The notes under the pieces are model-generated. The model did no database searches, was not told the origin of the DNA, and saw only the letters and a list, made by a program, of their open reading frames with translations. The position numbers and the translations under genes were made by a program. 64,000 nucleotides of DNA from Octopus vulgaris (taxonomy: Eukaryota), in assembly GCA_951406725.2 (NCBI GenBank), contig OX597814.1, positions 5,766,001 through 5,830,000 of the forward strand, read 5' to 3'. This document shows, in pieces, positions 12,870 to 26,709 of this stretch. Position 1 is the stretch's first letter, and the number at the start of each line of letters is the position of its first letter.

Positions 12870-14059
12870 GATTTCAACATGTATTTTTGCTCTGCAAATG
12901 AAAAGAAAATAATTAGGAAAAACATTGTTAAGGTATTAAATACATCATTTGTTGTCAAAGTAAATTCTCTCTCTCTCCCATATAATTACAGTTAAGAGAG
13001 AGATCAGAACAACTGGGCAAGACTCAGACAGGAATCCATCTCCCCCCTTTACCATTCAGATTCCTCAGCCAAATGCAATGCTTGTCTATTCACATTGTTT
13101 TGAATCGATGCCATTATCTCATAGCTTAAACATTGTGATAACGTGATTATCTTTTTAGCATGACATTGTAGGGTAAGTGTTACAAAGGCTGGATCTTTCC
13201 AGTTTAAATATAAAACAAGTTATATGCTAGGGCCAGATTTGGCCAGTCTAAATGCTAAAAGGTTAATTGTCAACATTGTGCAAGGTAATAAGGTTTACAT
13301 GTGTTTGGGAGAATGTACAAAAGATATTTTCACATTTAACAAAGTCAGCTGAATAACGTGTTAGCCAAACGTGTGATAGAAAATGAATGCACAAATGCCT
13401 GTGTTTATAAAATCAAAATGTTTACCAGTTGACAATGGTTGACAGCAAGCAAAAACACTGTCCAGTTTTTAAGCTGGTAAGAGGTATTGTCATGGAAGGT
13501 GCAAACAAGGGGCTCTGTATGATTTTGCACAAAATGCAAGTGAGTCTGCAGTGTGTCTACCATCAGCAAGCGAAGTCTGCATATGTGTGCAGTAGGTTCA
13601 GAGAAAGATGTGCAGCAGTAGTTGGACAGTCTTTTCCCAGGGTCTGTTATCTGCAAACAACACCTTGGTTTTGAACCACATAATACGGCAATGGTGATTG
13701 GTCAATTGCTTCGTTGGGGTTGTGGTACTCCTGTCACAATGCCAGTCACCGTGACTCCTGCTCAAATGTGGAAAGCAAAGAAACCAAACCTGTTGCTGTT
13801 TTTTTTCACTTTGTGTTTTAACAGATTAATGTGCAACTTTTGGGTTACACTGGTCAATCAACGAGGCTCAGCAAATTCTCAACAAGCCATTCTTTGATGC
13901 CTTACCAATGCTTTACATAAAGAATCTTCAAAGTTGAATTTAATATACCAAATTGCAATGATAATAGAATTTCGAACTGAAAACCTGTCAACGTTGAAGC
14001 ACCTCAGGCCAAACAATATTCATTGTGTAATTTGTTGTTCGTGTCCAAATGAATAAATT

Positions 14060-14415
14060 GTTGTTGCTTCCAAGTCACAAGCAAGCAACCTAGAGTTGGC
14101 CACGGGAGAAGCGTACACTAGAGAGATCAAGTGCAACTACCTCAAGGGATTGACCCTGGGATTTGTTAATTGAAATACCAGAACTTAGTTTGACTAGAAA
14201 CTGAAGCATCTTAAATTGAAATGGAACATCTGTAGGTATAAGAGAAATTTTTGGAATAAAGACATTTTCTCCTTTGTGACTACCTGTCATTATTGTTGCC
14301 TGTAGGACATGGGGCTTCATGGAAGTAACAATTAAGCAAGTTCCATTACACAGGTGAGATGGGTCGATTCCTAAGCAATATATTGGGAGCATCCAGTTTT
14401 AGTGTCAAGTTATAT
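14060..14415 (-). mobile_element. Helitron PIF1-like helicase fragment
   Basis: LCNGT.LIV...FIPKISLIPTD.PFQFK.LQF.VKL...SINKSQGQSL.VV.LDL...FS.GQL, the C-terminal motifs of RepHel helicase. Confidence 0.8.
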
Positions 14416-14417
14416 GG

Positions 14418-15810
14418 TCATTTCCCAGTGGGTATGATCATGGAATGATCAGAGTCACCTAAAGGTTCTTCAGTAGTGACACTAATAATTGTTTCAGGAG
14501 AAGCGGTAAATAGCAGATCCAAAGTGTTGTTACCCATTGTGGGGGAGGTAACGACTTGGGACCAATTTGAATTCAGCACCAGTTCAAGGAAATCGTCTGC
14601 ACTTTGCGGCCAACAGAAGGCCTCCCAGTCAATCTCAGGGAAACTGAAGTCCCCTGCAATATAAACATAAGTGGCTGTTTCCATGGCAGTAACTCTGAGG
14701 ATATCAAAAATTTGTGTGTCTTGATGATAATTTGGGGGGCGGTAAACAACTCACAAGTAGAAGTGTTGACATGGTCATGTATATATTGCAGAAAAATACT
14801 TCCTGCTGAGATTAGTTCAAATCATCACAAGGAATAGCTGATAGATTTGAACAAATGTAAACCATCACACCCCCACCACGGCGATTAATGCGGTCTTTGC
14901 GGAACAGGTTGTAGCTATGCTGAAAACCCATCACAGAGTGCAGAATGTGCCCATGTTTCCGTGACTGTGATGAAATCTGGGTCGATACTTTTGACGTAAG
15001 AGTCAAAAAGATGTACCTTGTTGCATTTACTACAGGCATTTAAGGACAACAGTTTGTATCTGGATTTCAGATGGCAATGATATGCAGGGGATGGCTGATT
15101 GTTCTTGTTTAGTTTCCCATGATTTTTGTATTGCCAGTTATTGTGGGTGCAGTATGCTCAGACCAACTGATATCCCTTATCCATGACTCACCTGACTTGA
15201 CGAATTTCCATATTTGCCCATCATCGTGTAGGCTAAAGCTTTCTTGTGGCATAGAGTTGCGATTTAGGGAAGCTACAGATCTTAGCTTCGGGCGTATGTC
15301 AGGTGGTAGGCCAAGACGTGTCCGAAAGGTAATTCTGTTTTCAAGCTGAGCCCTATCAGCGGCTAGATGGTATGCCCGTGCCTCAGTAGAGTTTGAAAAC
15401 GACAGCCTAATCAATCTGGGTTTTGGATCCTGGTCGGCCAAGGTAGGAAGCACTTTTTGGAGGAACACAGCTTAGGTCCATAGATGTGTTGTCAGTAAAT
15501 GCCTGTAGATCTACCATGTCTTCCGATACTCTGATGACAATTATCTCATGGGTGGTTGACTCAGTGGCTTCCTCGATGCATCTAGATTCCATAAGAGCTA
15601 CAGGTAAATTGTTGAGCAAGGCACTCTGATACGATCCCTCATTGGGAGGTTTTGCACAGACGCTGGTTTTGATTCCTGCTTTTTCTCGGCTTAAAGCAGA
15701 AATCATTTGTCGAATTTCCGCAACTTCTGTATTAATGGTCGATTTTTGTTGATGTTGAGAAGTATCGGTAGAGGAGGGCATGGTTGGCTGTCGTTCTTGC
15801 AGTGGTCAAT
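14418..15810 (-). mobile_element. CR1/L2-like LINE 5' portion (ORF1 plus APE endonuclease), frameshifted
   Basis: FRKDR..RRGGGVMVYI, IAGDFSFPEIDW, NTLDLLFT and PLGDSDHSMI motifs; upstream ORF1-like frames at 15109-15781. Confidence 0.72.
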
Positions 15811-16731
15811 TTTTGTTGTTGAAGAGCAATTCAATACTACTAAAACTACTACTACTACTAAGAAGAAGAATGAAGAGAAGAAAGAAAGAGTGAAAAGATG
15901 ACAAAGGGCCGTGTGTCATGTCACTACCCCCCACCCCACCCCGAAACTGAAAATTAATCGCAGCCAAAACAACTGGCGTAACAGTCAAATGCATTTCCGC
16001 TATCAGCAAACATTAAAGAGTAACCTTTGACTAAAGCGGCGTCAATTAAAATGCAACCGATGTGAAATACTTGAAAATATATTCCCCATGTTTTCAGTAG
16101 CATAAAGTATTCCGATCCCCCACACACACACCTTCGCCAAAGGACAGCATTTCATAATTTCAATTACTCTTTCTTGCCCCACATTTATGTATGTATAGGT
16201 GTGTGTCTGTATGTTAACTATATATTATCTACATACACACACATATATGCACTATATATACCCGCAGATAGGTCGCGTTATAATCCGGGGAGTTACAGTC
16301 ACCCCTTTTAACACAAGTATATAACTAATATCTATTAAATATTATCAAATATTCACGTTTATTTCAAAACTTTGCTTACAAAAATTAAAACTTTTTTGCG
16401 GAAGTAACTTTATGAAAGCAGTCTAAAGGATAAAAAATCGACAAAAAAAAATATATTGATAAGTATCAACTCGACAAGAAAAACGTCAAGAATTACAAAC
16501 AGAACTTCGCCGAATTTTAAAAATGTTACTTAAGAAAGATGTTTATTTAATTGGATATAATTATTAAACTTCATCAGGATTAAAACCCGAAAGTTCAGTA
16601 TTATTTGATACTTCCGAAAATTCGACATCAATCACTTTCTTTTCATCTGACCCAGTTGAGTGGACAGGTCGGAGCTCTGATTTTTATTGAGATTATTAGT
16701 AAGAAATGTACGACCTATCGACGAGTATATA

Positions 16732-18516
<1,785 letters not shown>

Positions 18517-18517
18517 T

Positions 18518-18851
18518 ACGGAGATGTACTCACATAGCAAGTAATTTGATCTGAGATCGTGTGCTGGAACGAAAACAATTGCAGCGTGGAAGGTGTTTAT
18601 AGCCATTTAAGAAACACACAAAAGCGTTCGATTCACTTCAACATTTAAGTTTAATTTGTCAAAATATTTTCGTCGCTTAAGATCGCGATTCTGTTCACTG
18701 ATAAAAATGCAGCACGGATTTTTATCAGTGAACAGGTCGCGGATTTTAGCGACGAATATATTTTGACAAATTAAACTTAAATGTTGAAGTGAATCGAACG
18801 GCTTTTGTGTGTTTCTTAAATGGCTTATAAACACCTTCCACGCTGCAATTG

Positions 18852-18853
<2 letters not shown>
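18518..18853. mobile_element. Fold-back element (about 130-bp inverted arms plus unique left extension), Penelope-like inverted terminal repeat
   Basis: Arms at about 18576-18707 and 18718-18852 are reverse complements; flanked by (TA)n. Confidence 0.6.
18721..18770 (+). ncRNA. Hammerhead-like motif with G3:C8 core variant (partly decayed); inverted partner at about 18655-18706
   Basis: TTTATCA-GTGAACA-G-GTCGC-GGATTTTA-GCGAC-GAA(T)-ATAT-TT-TGACAAA. The partner arm retains GAAA. Confidence 0.4.
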
Positions 18854-18898
<45 letters not shown>

Positions 18899-18925
18899 TT
18901 ATACACACGCACACATATAAATACA

Positions 18926-18960
<35 letters not shown>

Positions 18961-18967
<7 letters not shown>

Positions 18968-19220
18968 TCTTTCGATATAACTCGACAAAATCGAAACATT
19001 TCACTTGGGGTATTTCCGTGGAAGCAAATGACAGTTCGATTCTGTTCTCTGCTTGGAAATATTCGGATTTACATACACCCACGAAACAAGAAGAAATATG
19101 CAAGTTTAAACTGAGACATTGCTGGCTTAATTTCGTTATATATCTCTACTCCACAAACCACGGAAATACCCCAAGTGAAATGTTTTGATTTTGCCGAGTT
19201 ATATCGAAGGAATTCCACAT
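18961..19220. mobile_element. MITE-like element with about 60-bp inverted termini
   Basis: ttcgatataactcgacaaaatcgaaacatttcacttggggtatttccgtgg versus ccacggaaataccccaagtgaaatgttttgattttgccgagttatatcgaa. Confidence 0.6.
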
Positions 19221-20813
19221 AGATATATACTTATATATATATACTCTTTTACTTGTTTCAGTCATTTGTTTGTGTCTCTGTTGGCAACATCGCTTGACAA
19301 CCGACGGCGGTGTATTTACGTCCTCATAACTTAGCGGTTCGGCAAAACAGACCGATGGAATAAGTACTAGGCTTACAAAGAATAAGTCCTAGGTTCGATT
19401 TGCTAAAAGGCGCTGCTCGAGCATGGCAGCAGTCAAATGACAGAAACAAGTAAAAGAGTATATATATACAGATAGAATAAGTAGCAGGCTTTACGAAAAA
19501 GGAAAAAAAAGTGTTGGCTCGATTCAGGCATGCCTCCACTCGACTTTGTTTCCTCATAACTTCCAGGAAAATGAATATTTTTCAATGAAAATTTCTACAA
19601 ATTCGTTTCAGATGGTGAAGATTCCAATTCTATCAGAATTTATGTCGAGGGTGGAGAGAGGAGTTTCTGAAAATTCTCGCGACTCGGTTTTGTTTCCTCA
19701 TAACTTGAGAATTTTTAATGGAACTTTCCACAGATACCTTTTCAGAATGTCTTAACGATAATTTTTGTTATTTAAGTGACATTTGTCTTACTTAAAACGA
19801 AGGATGGCCTGCTTTTCTACTCCAGGCACAAGGCCCGAAATACTAGTACTTCCGGAAGAATGAAAGGCAAAGTCGACCTCGGTGGAAATTGAACTCAGAA
19901 CGTAACGGCAGAACTATTTCTTTACAACCCACAAGGGGCTAAACACAGAGGGGACAAACAAGGACAGACAAACGGATTAAGTCGATTATATCGACCCCAG
20001 TGCGTAACTAGCACTTAATTTATCGACCCCAGTGCGTAACTAGCACTTAATTTATCGACCCCAGTCGATAGGATGAAAAGCAGTCGACCTCGGCGGAATT
20101 TGAACTCAGAACGTAACAGCAGACGAAATACCTATTTCTTTACAACCCACAAGGGGCTAAACACAGAGGGGACAAACAAGGACAGACAAACGGATTAAGT
20201 CGATTATATCGACCCCAGTGCGTAACTGGCACTTAATTTATCGACCCCAGTCGATAGGATGAAAAGCAGTCGACCTCGGCGGAATTTGAACTCAGACGTA
20301 ACAGCAGACGAAATACGGCTACGCATTTCGCCCGGCGCGCTAACGATTCTGCCAGCTCGCCGCTTAATTTTGTTATTGAAAATGAAAAACAAAATTGGTG
20401 AATGCGGGACACATAAGACAATTGTTGTGGGGGAGACTTCCAGTTTCGTTTTTGTAGACGTGTAACCTGTGTAGGAGACGACTCGTTTAGCTTTTCATAT
20501 TAAATAACAAAAGACTCGTAAACTCCGAAAGGTGTTTAGATCAAATTTCGAAAACAAAATAACTATTTTTCTAAAAGTTTAATTGTTAATCGTAATGTAC
20601 ATCATCTGAAAGGTATTTGTAGAAAAAAAGAGAGAGAGAAAAGGAAAAAAAATCAATTTTTCTGAAAGTTATAAGAAAAGAAAGTGATGAGGCGAAGCTG
20701 TGCGGTTATGAGATGTAAGGAAAAGTATTGAAATCGATTTTGTAAAGTTTTTGTAAAGCAATGGAGAGACGGGATTAAAGAAATTAAATTAGGAAGATGT
20801 AAAACGAAAACTT

Positions 20814-21035
20814 ACCTCGTCACAACTCTGAGCAAAAGTGAAACTTGAAACTTTATTTGATCGTTTTTAAGCAGTCGATTGGTTTAACAACAACTTTGTA
20901 TGACATCAGTGTTTTTCCCAGAAAGAAAAAGAAACACTTCCCCCTCTGCCCTCTTTTAACACAATTTACTTAGTTTGATTGTTACAACTTTGTGATAAAA
21001 GTTTATCATTATTTACAACAGACGAAAGTGAAATT
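20814..21035 (-). promoter_or_regulatory. Putative 5' non-coding exon and promoter of the PARP14-like gene (copy A)
   Basis: Strong donor ACGAG|gtaagt at 20816. Clustered motifs: AAAAGTGAAACT (20834), CCAAT on the minus strand (about 20878), TGACATCA (20901), TTCCCAGAA GAS-like (20915-20923), CACTTCCCC ETS-like (about 20935), GAAAGTGAAA ISRE core (21024-21033). Assignment to the gene is inferred. Confidence 0.45.
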
Positions 21036-21044
21036 ATATATATA

Positions 21045-21416
21045 CTAGCAGTATCGCCCGGCGTTGCTCAGGTTTGTAAGGGAAATAACTATAAAGCATT
21101 TTTAGAGAGTTATAGCCAAAAAATAGAAAAAAATGATGGTAAATTTTTTTCAGAGTTAAAAAAGGTGGAGTTGCGTCCCCTAGACGGTCTGTGGTTTGGG
21201 TTTCTGATTCTCGACCCCATGTCGAATTTATCGATTTTTTTCAGAACTGGGGGAACTTTTCAAAATTTTCGCTGCGTTAGTTTTGAATTATGACATTGGG
21301 CTATGTGTGTGTCAAGTTTCATCAGAATCGGTTGAAAGCCGTGGTCAGAGTGAGGGTACGAGAAAACAGACACACAGACACGCAGACAGACAAACTGCCG
21401 TTTATATAGAGAGAGA
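21045..21416 (-). mobile_element. Non-autonomous Helitron
   Basis: Minus strand begins TC(TCTCTCTATATAAA) and ends with a GC-rich hairpin plus CTAG, inserted between A and T; absent from duplicate copy B. Confidence 0.8.
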
Positions 21417-22706
21417 TATATATAAAGGAAGTGGCTGATAAAGAGAGAAAGAAATAGGTTTTAATAGGAAATACACGGTGAAAGTAGGTTAGGGAAGATT
21501 TCACTTTCATTTTTGACAATGGCCTCGGTGAAACTAATCTGGTTTTCCCTAGTGGTGGCCACTATACAGATAGAATAAGTAGCAGGCTTTACGAAAAAGA
21601 AAAAAAAAGTGTTGGCTCGATTCAGGCATGCCTCCACTCGACTTTGTTTCCTCATAACTTCCAGGAAAATGAATATTTTTCAATGAAAATTTCTACAAAT
21701 TCGTTTCAGATGGTGAAGATTCCAATTCTATCAGAATTTATGTCGAGGGTGGAGAGAGGAGTTTCTGAAAATTCTCGCGACTCGGTTTTGTTTCCTCATA
21801 ACTTGAGAATTTTTAATGGAACTTTCCACAGATACCTTTTCAGAATGTCTTAACGATAATTTTTGTTATTTAAGTGACATTTGTCTTACTTAAAAAACGA
21901 AGGAAAGGATGGCCTGCTTTTCTACTCCAGGCACAAGGCCCGGGCCCGAAATACTGGTACTTCCGGAAGGATGAAAGGCAAAGTCGACCTCGGTGGAAAT
22001 TGAACTTAGAACGTAACGGCAGAACTATTTCTTTACAACCCACAAGGGGCTAAACACAGAGGGGACAAACAAGGACAGACAAACGGATTAAGTCGATTAT
22101 ATCGACCCCAGTGCGTAACTGGTATTTAATTTATCGACCGCGAAAGGATGAAAAGCAGTCGACATCGGCGGAATTTGAACTCAGACGTAACAGCAGACGA
22201 AATACGGCTACGCATTTCGCCCGGCGCGCTAACGATTCTGCCAGCTCGCCGCTTAATTTTGTTATTGAAAATGAAAAACAAAATTGGTGAATGCGGGACA
22301 CATAAGACAATTGTTGTGGGGGAGACTTCCAGTTTCGTTTTTGTAGACGTGTAACCTGTGTAGGAGACGACTCGTTTAGCTTTTCATATTAAATAACAAA
22401 AGACTCGTAAACTCCGAAAGGTGTTTAGATCAAATTTCGAAAACAAAATAACTATTTTTCTAAAAGTTTAATTGTTAATCGTAATGTACATCACCTGAAA
22501 GGTATTTGTAGAAAAAAAAAAGAGAGAGAGAAAAAGGAAAAAAAATCAATTTTTCTGAAAGTTATAAGAAAAGAAAGTGATGAGGCGAAGCTGTGCGGTT
22601 ATGAGATGTAAGGAAAAGTATTGAAATCGATTTTGTAAAGTTTTTGTAAAGCAATGGAGAGACGGGATTAAAGAAATTAAATTAGGAAGATGTAAAACGA
22701 AAACTT

Positions 22707-22919
22707 ACCTCGTCACAACTCTGAGCAAAAGTGAAACTTGAAACTTTATTTGATCGTTTTTAAGCTGTCGATTGGTTTAACAACAACTTTGTATGACATC
22801 AGTGTTTTTCCCAGAAAAAGAAACACTTCCCCCTCTGCCCTCTTTTAACACAATTTACTTAGTTTGATTGTTACAACTTTGTGATAAAAGTTTATCATTA
22901 TTTACAACAGACGAAAGTG

Positions 22920-22925
<6 letters not shown>
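22707..22925 (-). promoter_or_regulatory. Duplicate putative 5' exon and promoter of the PARP14-like gene (copy B)
   Basis: Near-identical to 20814-21035: donor at 22709, TTCCCAGAA at 22808-22816, GAAAGTGAAA at 22913-22922. Confidence 0.45.
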
Positions 22926-22984
<59 letters not shown>

Positions 22985-23691
22985 GAAGTGGCTGATAAAG
23001 AGAGAAAGAAATAGATTTTAATAGGAAATACACGGTGAAAGTAGGTTAGGGAAGATTTCACTTTCATTATTGACAATGGCCTCGGTGAAACTAATCTGGT
23101 TTTCCCTAGTGAGGCGTGTTTCCCCTACCCACAAACCTGTGGGTACAAACACGGTATTACCTACACAAATACGTTTCCTCATAAGTTTAGAAAAATTGAT
23201 ATTTTAAGAAATTTTCTACAAATACGCTACAGATGAAGTAGTTTACGATTACAGCGTACCCCCAGCTTATTCGCGGAAACCGCCGCATATTCGTGGAATC
23301 GTAAATATCGTCCGCGATTTTTTATGGCTATTTTGTGGCAATATATACTTTCCCACACTTTTTAGGGTTACATTATTATTAATAATTTACCATATTTATT
23401 GGACACCCCTTCGCAGCTGAAGTTCCCTCTGATTAGAATGGCCACGATTCACGTCGCTAGACTTTTTTTATAGATACAAGTACACTATCTTGTATCTCTT
23501 TTCCTGCTTTCAGCCAAAGCTTGCTAATTAATAGAGCGACATCTCTCTATATTTCACACACACTCTCTCTCGCTGTATTTGTCTCTCAGCAGCAACAACC
23601 TCCCATTGTAGTGAAAGTATATATATATATATAAAGAGAAAGAATATATATATATAACTATATCTAATCTATATCTGTCTATATAAATATA

Positions 23692-24071
23692 CTCTTTTAC
23701 TTGTTTATCATTTGACTATGGCCATGCTGGAGCAACGCTTTTAGTCGAACAAATCGACCCCAGGACTTATTCTTTGTAAGCCTAGTACTTATTCTATCGG
23801 TCTCTTTTGCCGAACAGCTAAGTTACGGGGACGTAAACACACCAACATCGGTTCAGAAGCGAATTTGGGGGGGACAAACACAGACACTCACATATATATA
23901 TACATATATACGATGGGCTTCTTTCAGTTTCCGTCTACCAAATCTACTCACAAGGCTTTGGTCGTCGGCCCGAGGCTATAGTAGAAGACACTTGCCCAAG
24001 GTGCCACACAGTCGGACTGAACCTGGAACTATGTGGTTCGTAAGCAAGCTACTTACCACACAGCCACTCCT
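23692..24071 (-). mobile_element. tRNA-derived SINE
   Basis: Reverse copy of the 35174 family. Confidence 0.82.
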
Positions 24072-26035
24072 ACATACACACACACGTGTGTGTAGTATAT
24101 ATATATGTGTGTGTGTATGTAGTGGATCTTGCATGCATGAAGTAGATCCACCATAGCCAAATTTAAATCAACACTGCTACAGAACTTTTCCCACGGTGGA
24201 ACAATGGTTTTTCTCTGACAGCAGTTTTACATTTCTCTGATGCTATTAGCTAGGCTGAAATGTTTTCACCACTTGACCTTTTCTAACCTCTTCTACTTCA
24301 CCAAAAGCTAGAGTAGAGATAACAAGACCATCAACTAAATCTATTGTTCTCAATGATATATCTATCCTTCTGGATCTTTATAAGCAAGTACATCCCAAGC
24401 AAAAACCAGTTTGTTACAGTCGTGATGACTCAACGAGGTCTGGCTGACCAACCTTGGTCAGAAGGAGAAATGAAGTTTACTGTGAGACAACACCCAACAC
24501 TTCTCTCTAGCTCTAATTCTGTCCTCTTACAACATCATTCTATCTGTCTCATCAACTACTACTAAACATTGAAGAGGATACAAAAACAAACCTTACTTCA
24601 TATGCTTTTGGATTTATCATAACCTGCCCGTCGAGGCATGGTATTGTAACGTAACAGTAAATAAATATTTCCTTAAAACCTCATGCATTGCACACTCTTT
24701 CACATCCTACAAAATACAACTGCTGTCTCCAATAATTCATAATATTGTGTACTAATCAAGTTCTCCCGTTACAATTGGTACAAATCCACAAATCATAATA
24801 TTGATTATAAATCAATTAAAACCGTTATATATATATCTTTTTATCTTTTATTAAACTTTTAATATTTTTGATATTTATATAAAATAAATAAATAAATAAA
24901 AAATTAATAAACTAATAAATAAAATAATATATAAATATAAAAATATACTTACATACACACACATATATATATTTGTATATATATATTTAAAATTTATAAG
25001 TTTAAATTATTTAAATAATTTTTAAAATTTTAACTTTTATATTTTTGAATTAATTTTATGTATTGGGTTATGTTTTTCACTGTTTGATTTGCCTAATAGT
25101 GGTTTTATCTCTAATTTAATTTATATATATATATATCTTAATAATACTAAAACTCTACAGATGTTTGTTTTACCCAAAGTATCAGAAATGGGGATTTTTA
25201 CCGTATTGACCTACAGCTTTAAAAAATAATTGTTTGTAACTAAACACTTTCAAACTTCAGACACTGGTAGAATGTGTCATATAAAACATGTTTTATTCTT
25301 AGCATTTTTGAGAAAAACTTATATTTACGAAGATATTTTACCTTAAAGTTTTCGTATTTCGGTAATTTCAACCAATCAATGATGTTAAAATCCCCACCCC
25401 TATTCTTCAATTTTGACTTTTTTTCACTAACCCTAACCCTAACCACAGAAATGTTTTGAAATTTTTGTCCAAATCATAATTAGAAAAAAAGAAATTCTTA
25501 AAAAAAATTTTACAAAATGTTTTGGAAATTTTTTTCAGAATCATAATCTCTGTATTTTTCTGCATATATATTATTATTATTATTATTATTATTGAATGAG
25601 AGAGAGCAGTGCATGCCATCAAAGTGACACTGGGGTAAAATAAACGAAGCCCAGTATACCCGTCTGATAAGGGTACACCAGGCACATGCATCACAACCGT
25701 ATGTGCACGACATGGTGATCTCATATCAAGATAAACAGTGCATGACCTTGCAGGTGGGGCTCAGTTAGAATTTATTATTATTATATTTTATTTCGTTTTT
25801 GGATTTGGTTTGCAAGATTCTTTATATGAGTTCGTGTGTTGAAGCATATTCTGTTGTGTCTGGAGACAATAAAAATAAGAAAAAAGTGGAAATTTTACCA
25901 GTGAGTGTTACATAATAAGGCACAAAAAGAAAATGACTCTCCCCAGACACAACAGAATATTATATTTTAATTCTCTCAAAAACAGCAGAAATATCTCTCT
26001 TTAAAACATAACATGAAAGAAAATTATTTACAAAT

Positions 26036-26208
26036 TTAACATTTCTTTTTCTTCTTTTCAGGAGAACCATCTTCTCTGTTGGCATTGTGACTATTTTCAT
26101 TGCTTACAGACACATCAAACTGAAAATGAAGAGATAGGGCCACTGAAGAAGCCCATAATGCCAGTTCCACTTGGTGAGCCGACCATTTCGTTTGGATGGT
26201 TTTGGAAT
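26036..26208 (-). CDS. At3g12210/zgc:112496-like gene, last coding exon (WSAHQVELALW...PEKKKKKC*)
   Basis: tttatttcag|ATTCC acceptor in phase 1; family motif WxxxxVELALW; basic NLS-like C-terminus; TAA stop at 26036-26038. Confidence 0.78.
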
Positions 26209-26709
26209 CTGAAATAAAGGACACAAACAACAGCAAAATATATAATTATGAAAGAGTAAACAATACACATAGCAGATATCATAGCCCCATACTCACAGTT
26301 TACACAGGTAGAGTAGAATAGTTAGTGGGTTGTTATGTAGAAAGATGTATATGTGGGTGGGTGTATGTATATACGTGTATATGCACATGTATGAAAGCAT
26401 ATGGATAAGAAAGTAAACAGATCAACATAGAGACGGATGGGTACATAGGTTATATGAACAGACAAGCACACACATACACATTCACAAGGCCAGCAATTTT
26501 GGGGGCTGGGGTAAGTCAATTGTTTGAGCTCTAGTGCCCAGCTGGTAGTTATTTTCTTGATTGCAAAAAGGTGAAAGGCAAAGGTGACCATGGCGGAATC
26601 TGAACTCAGAATGTAAAGACTGACAAACTGCCGCTAAGCATTTTCCCAATCATGCTAACAATCCTACCAGCTTGCTACTGTATGAAATAATAATAATAAC
26701 AATAATAAT

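Larger units (their letters stand above)
19465..23111. repeat. Recent tandem segmental duplication (copy A about 19465-21554, copy B about 21563-23111)
   Basis: Long near-identical stretches, including duplicated spurious ORFs (19546/21644 and 20259/22148). Copy A additionally has a Helitron insertion and an internal SINE-tail duplication. Confidence 0.93.

Noticed and set aside
13405-13900. Cys/His-rich short ORFs, possibly a FLYWCH/MULE remnant
   Set aside because: Motifs too degenerate to call without a profile search.
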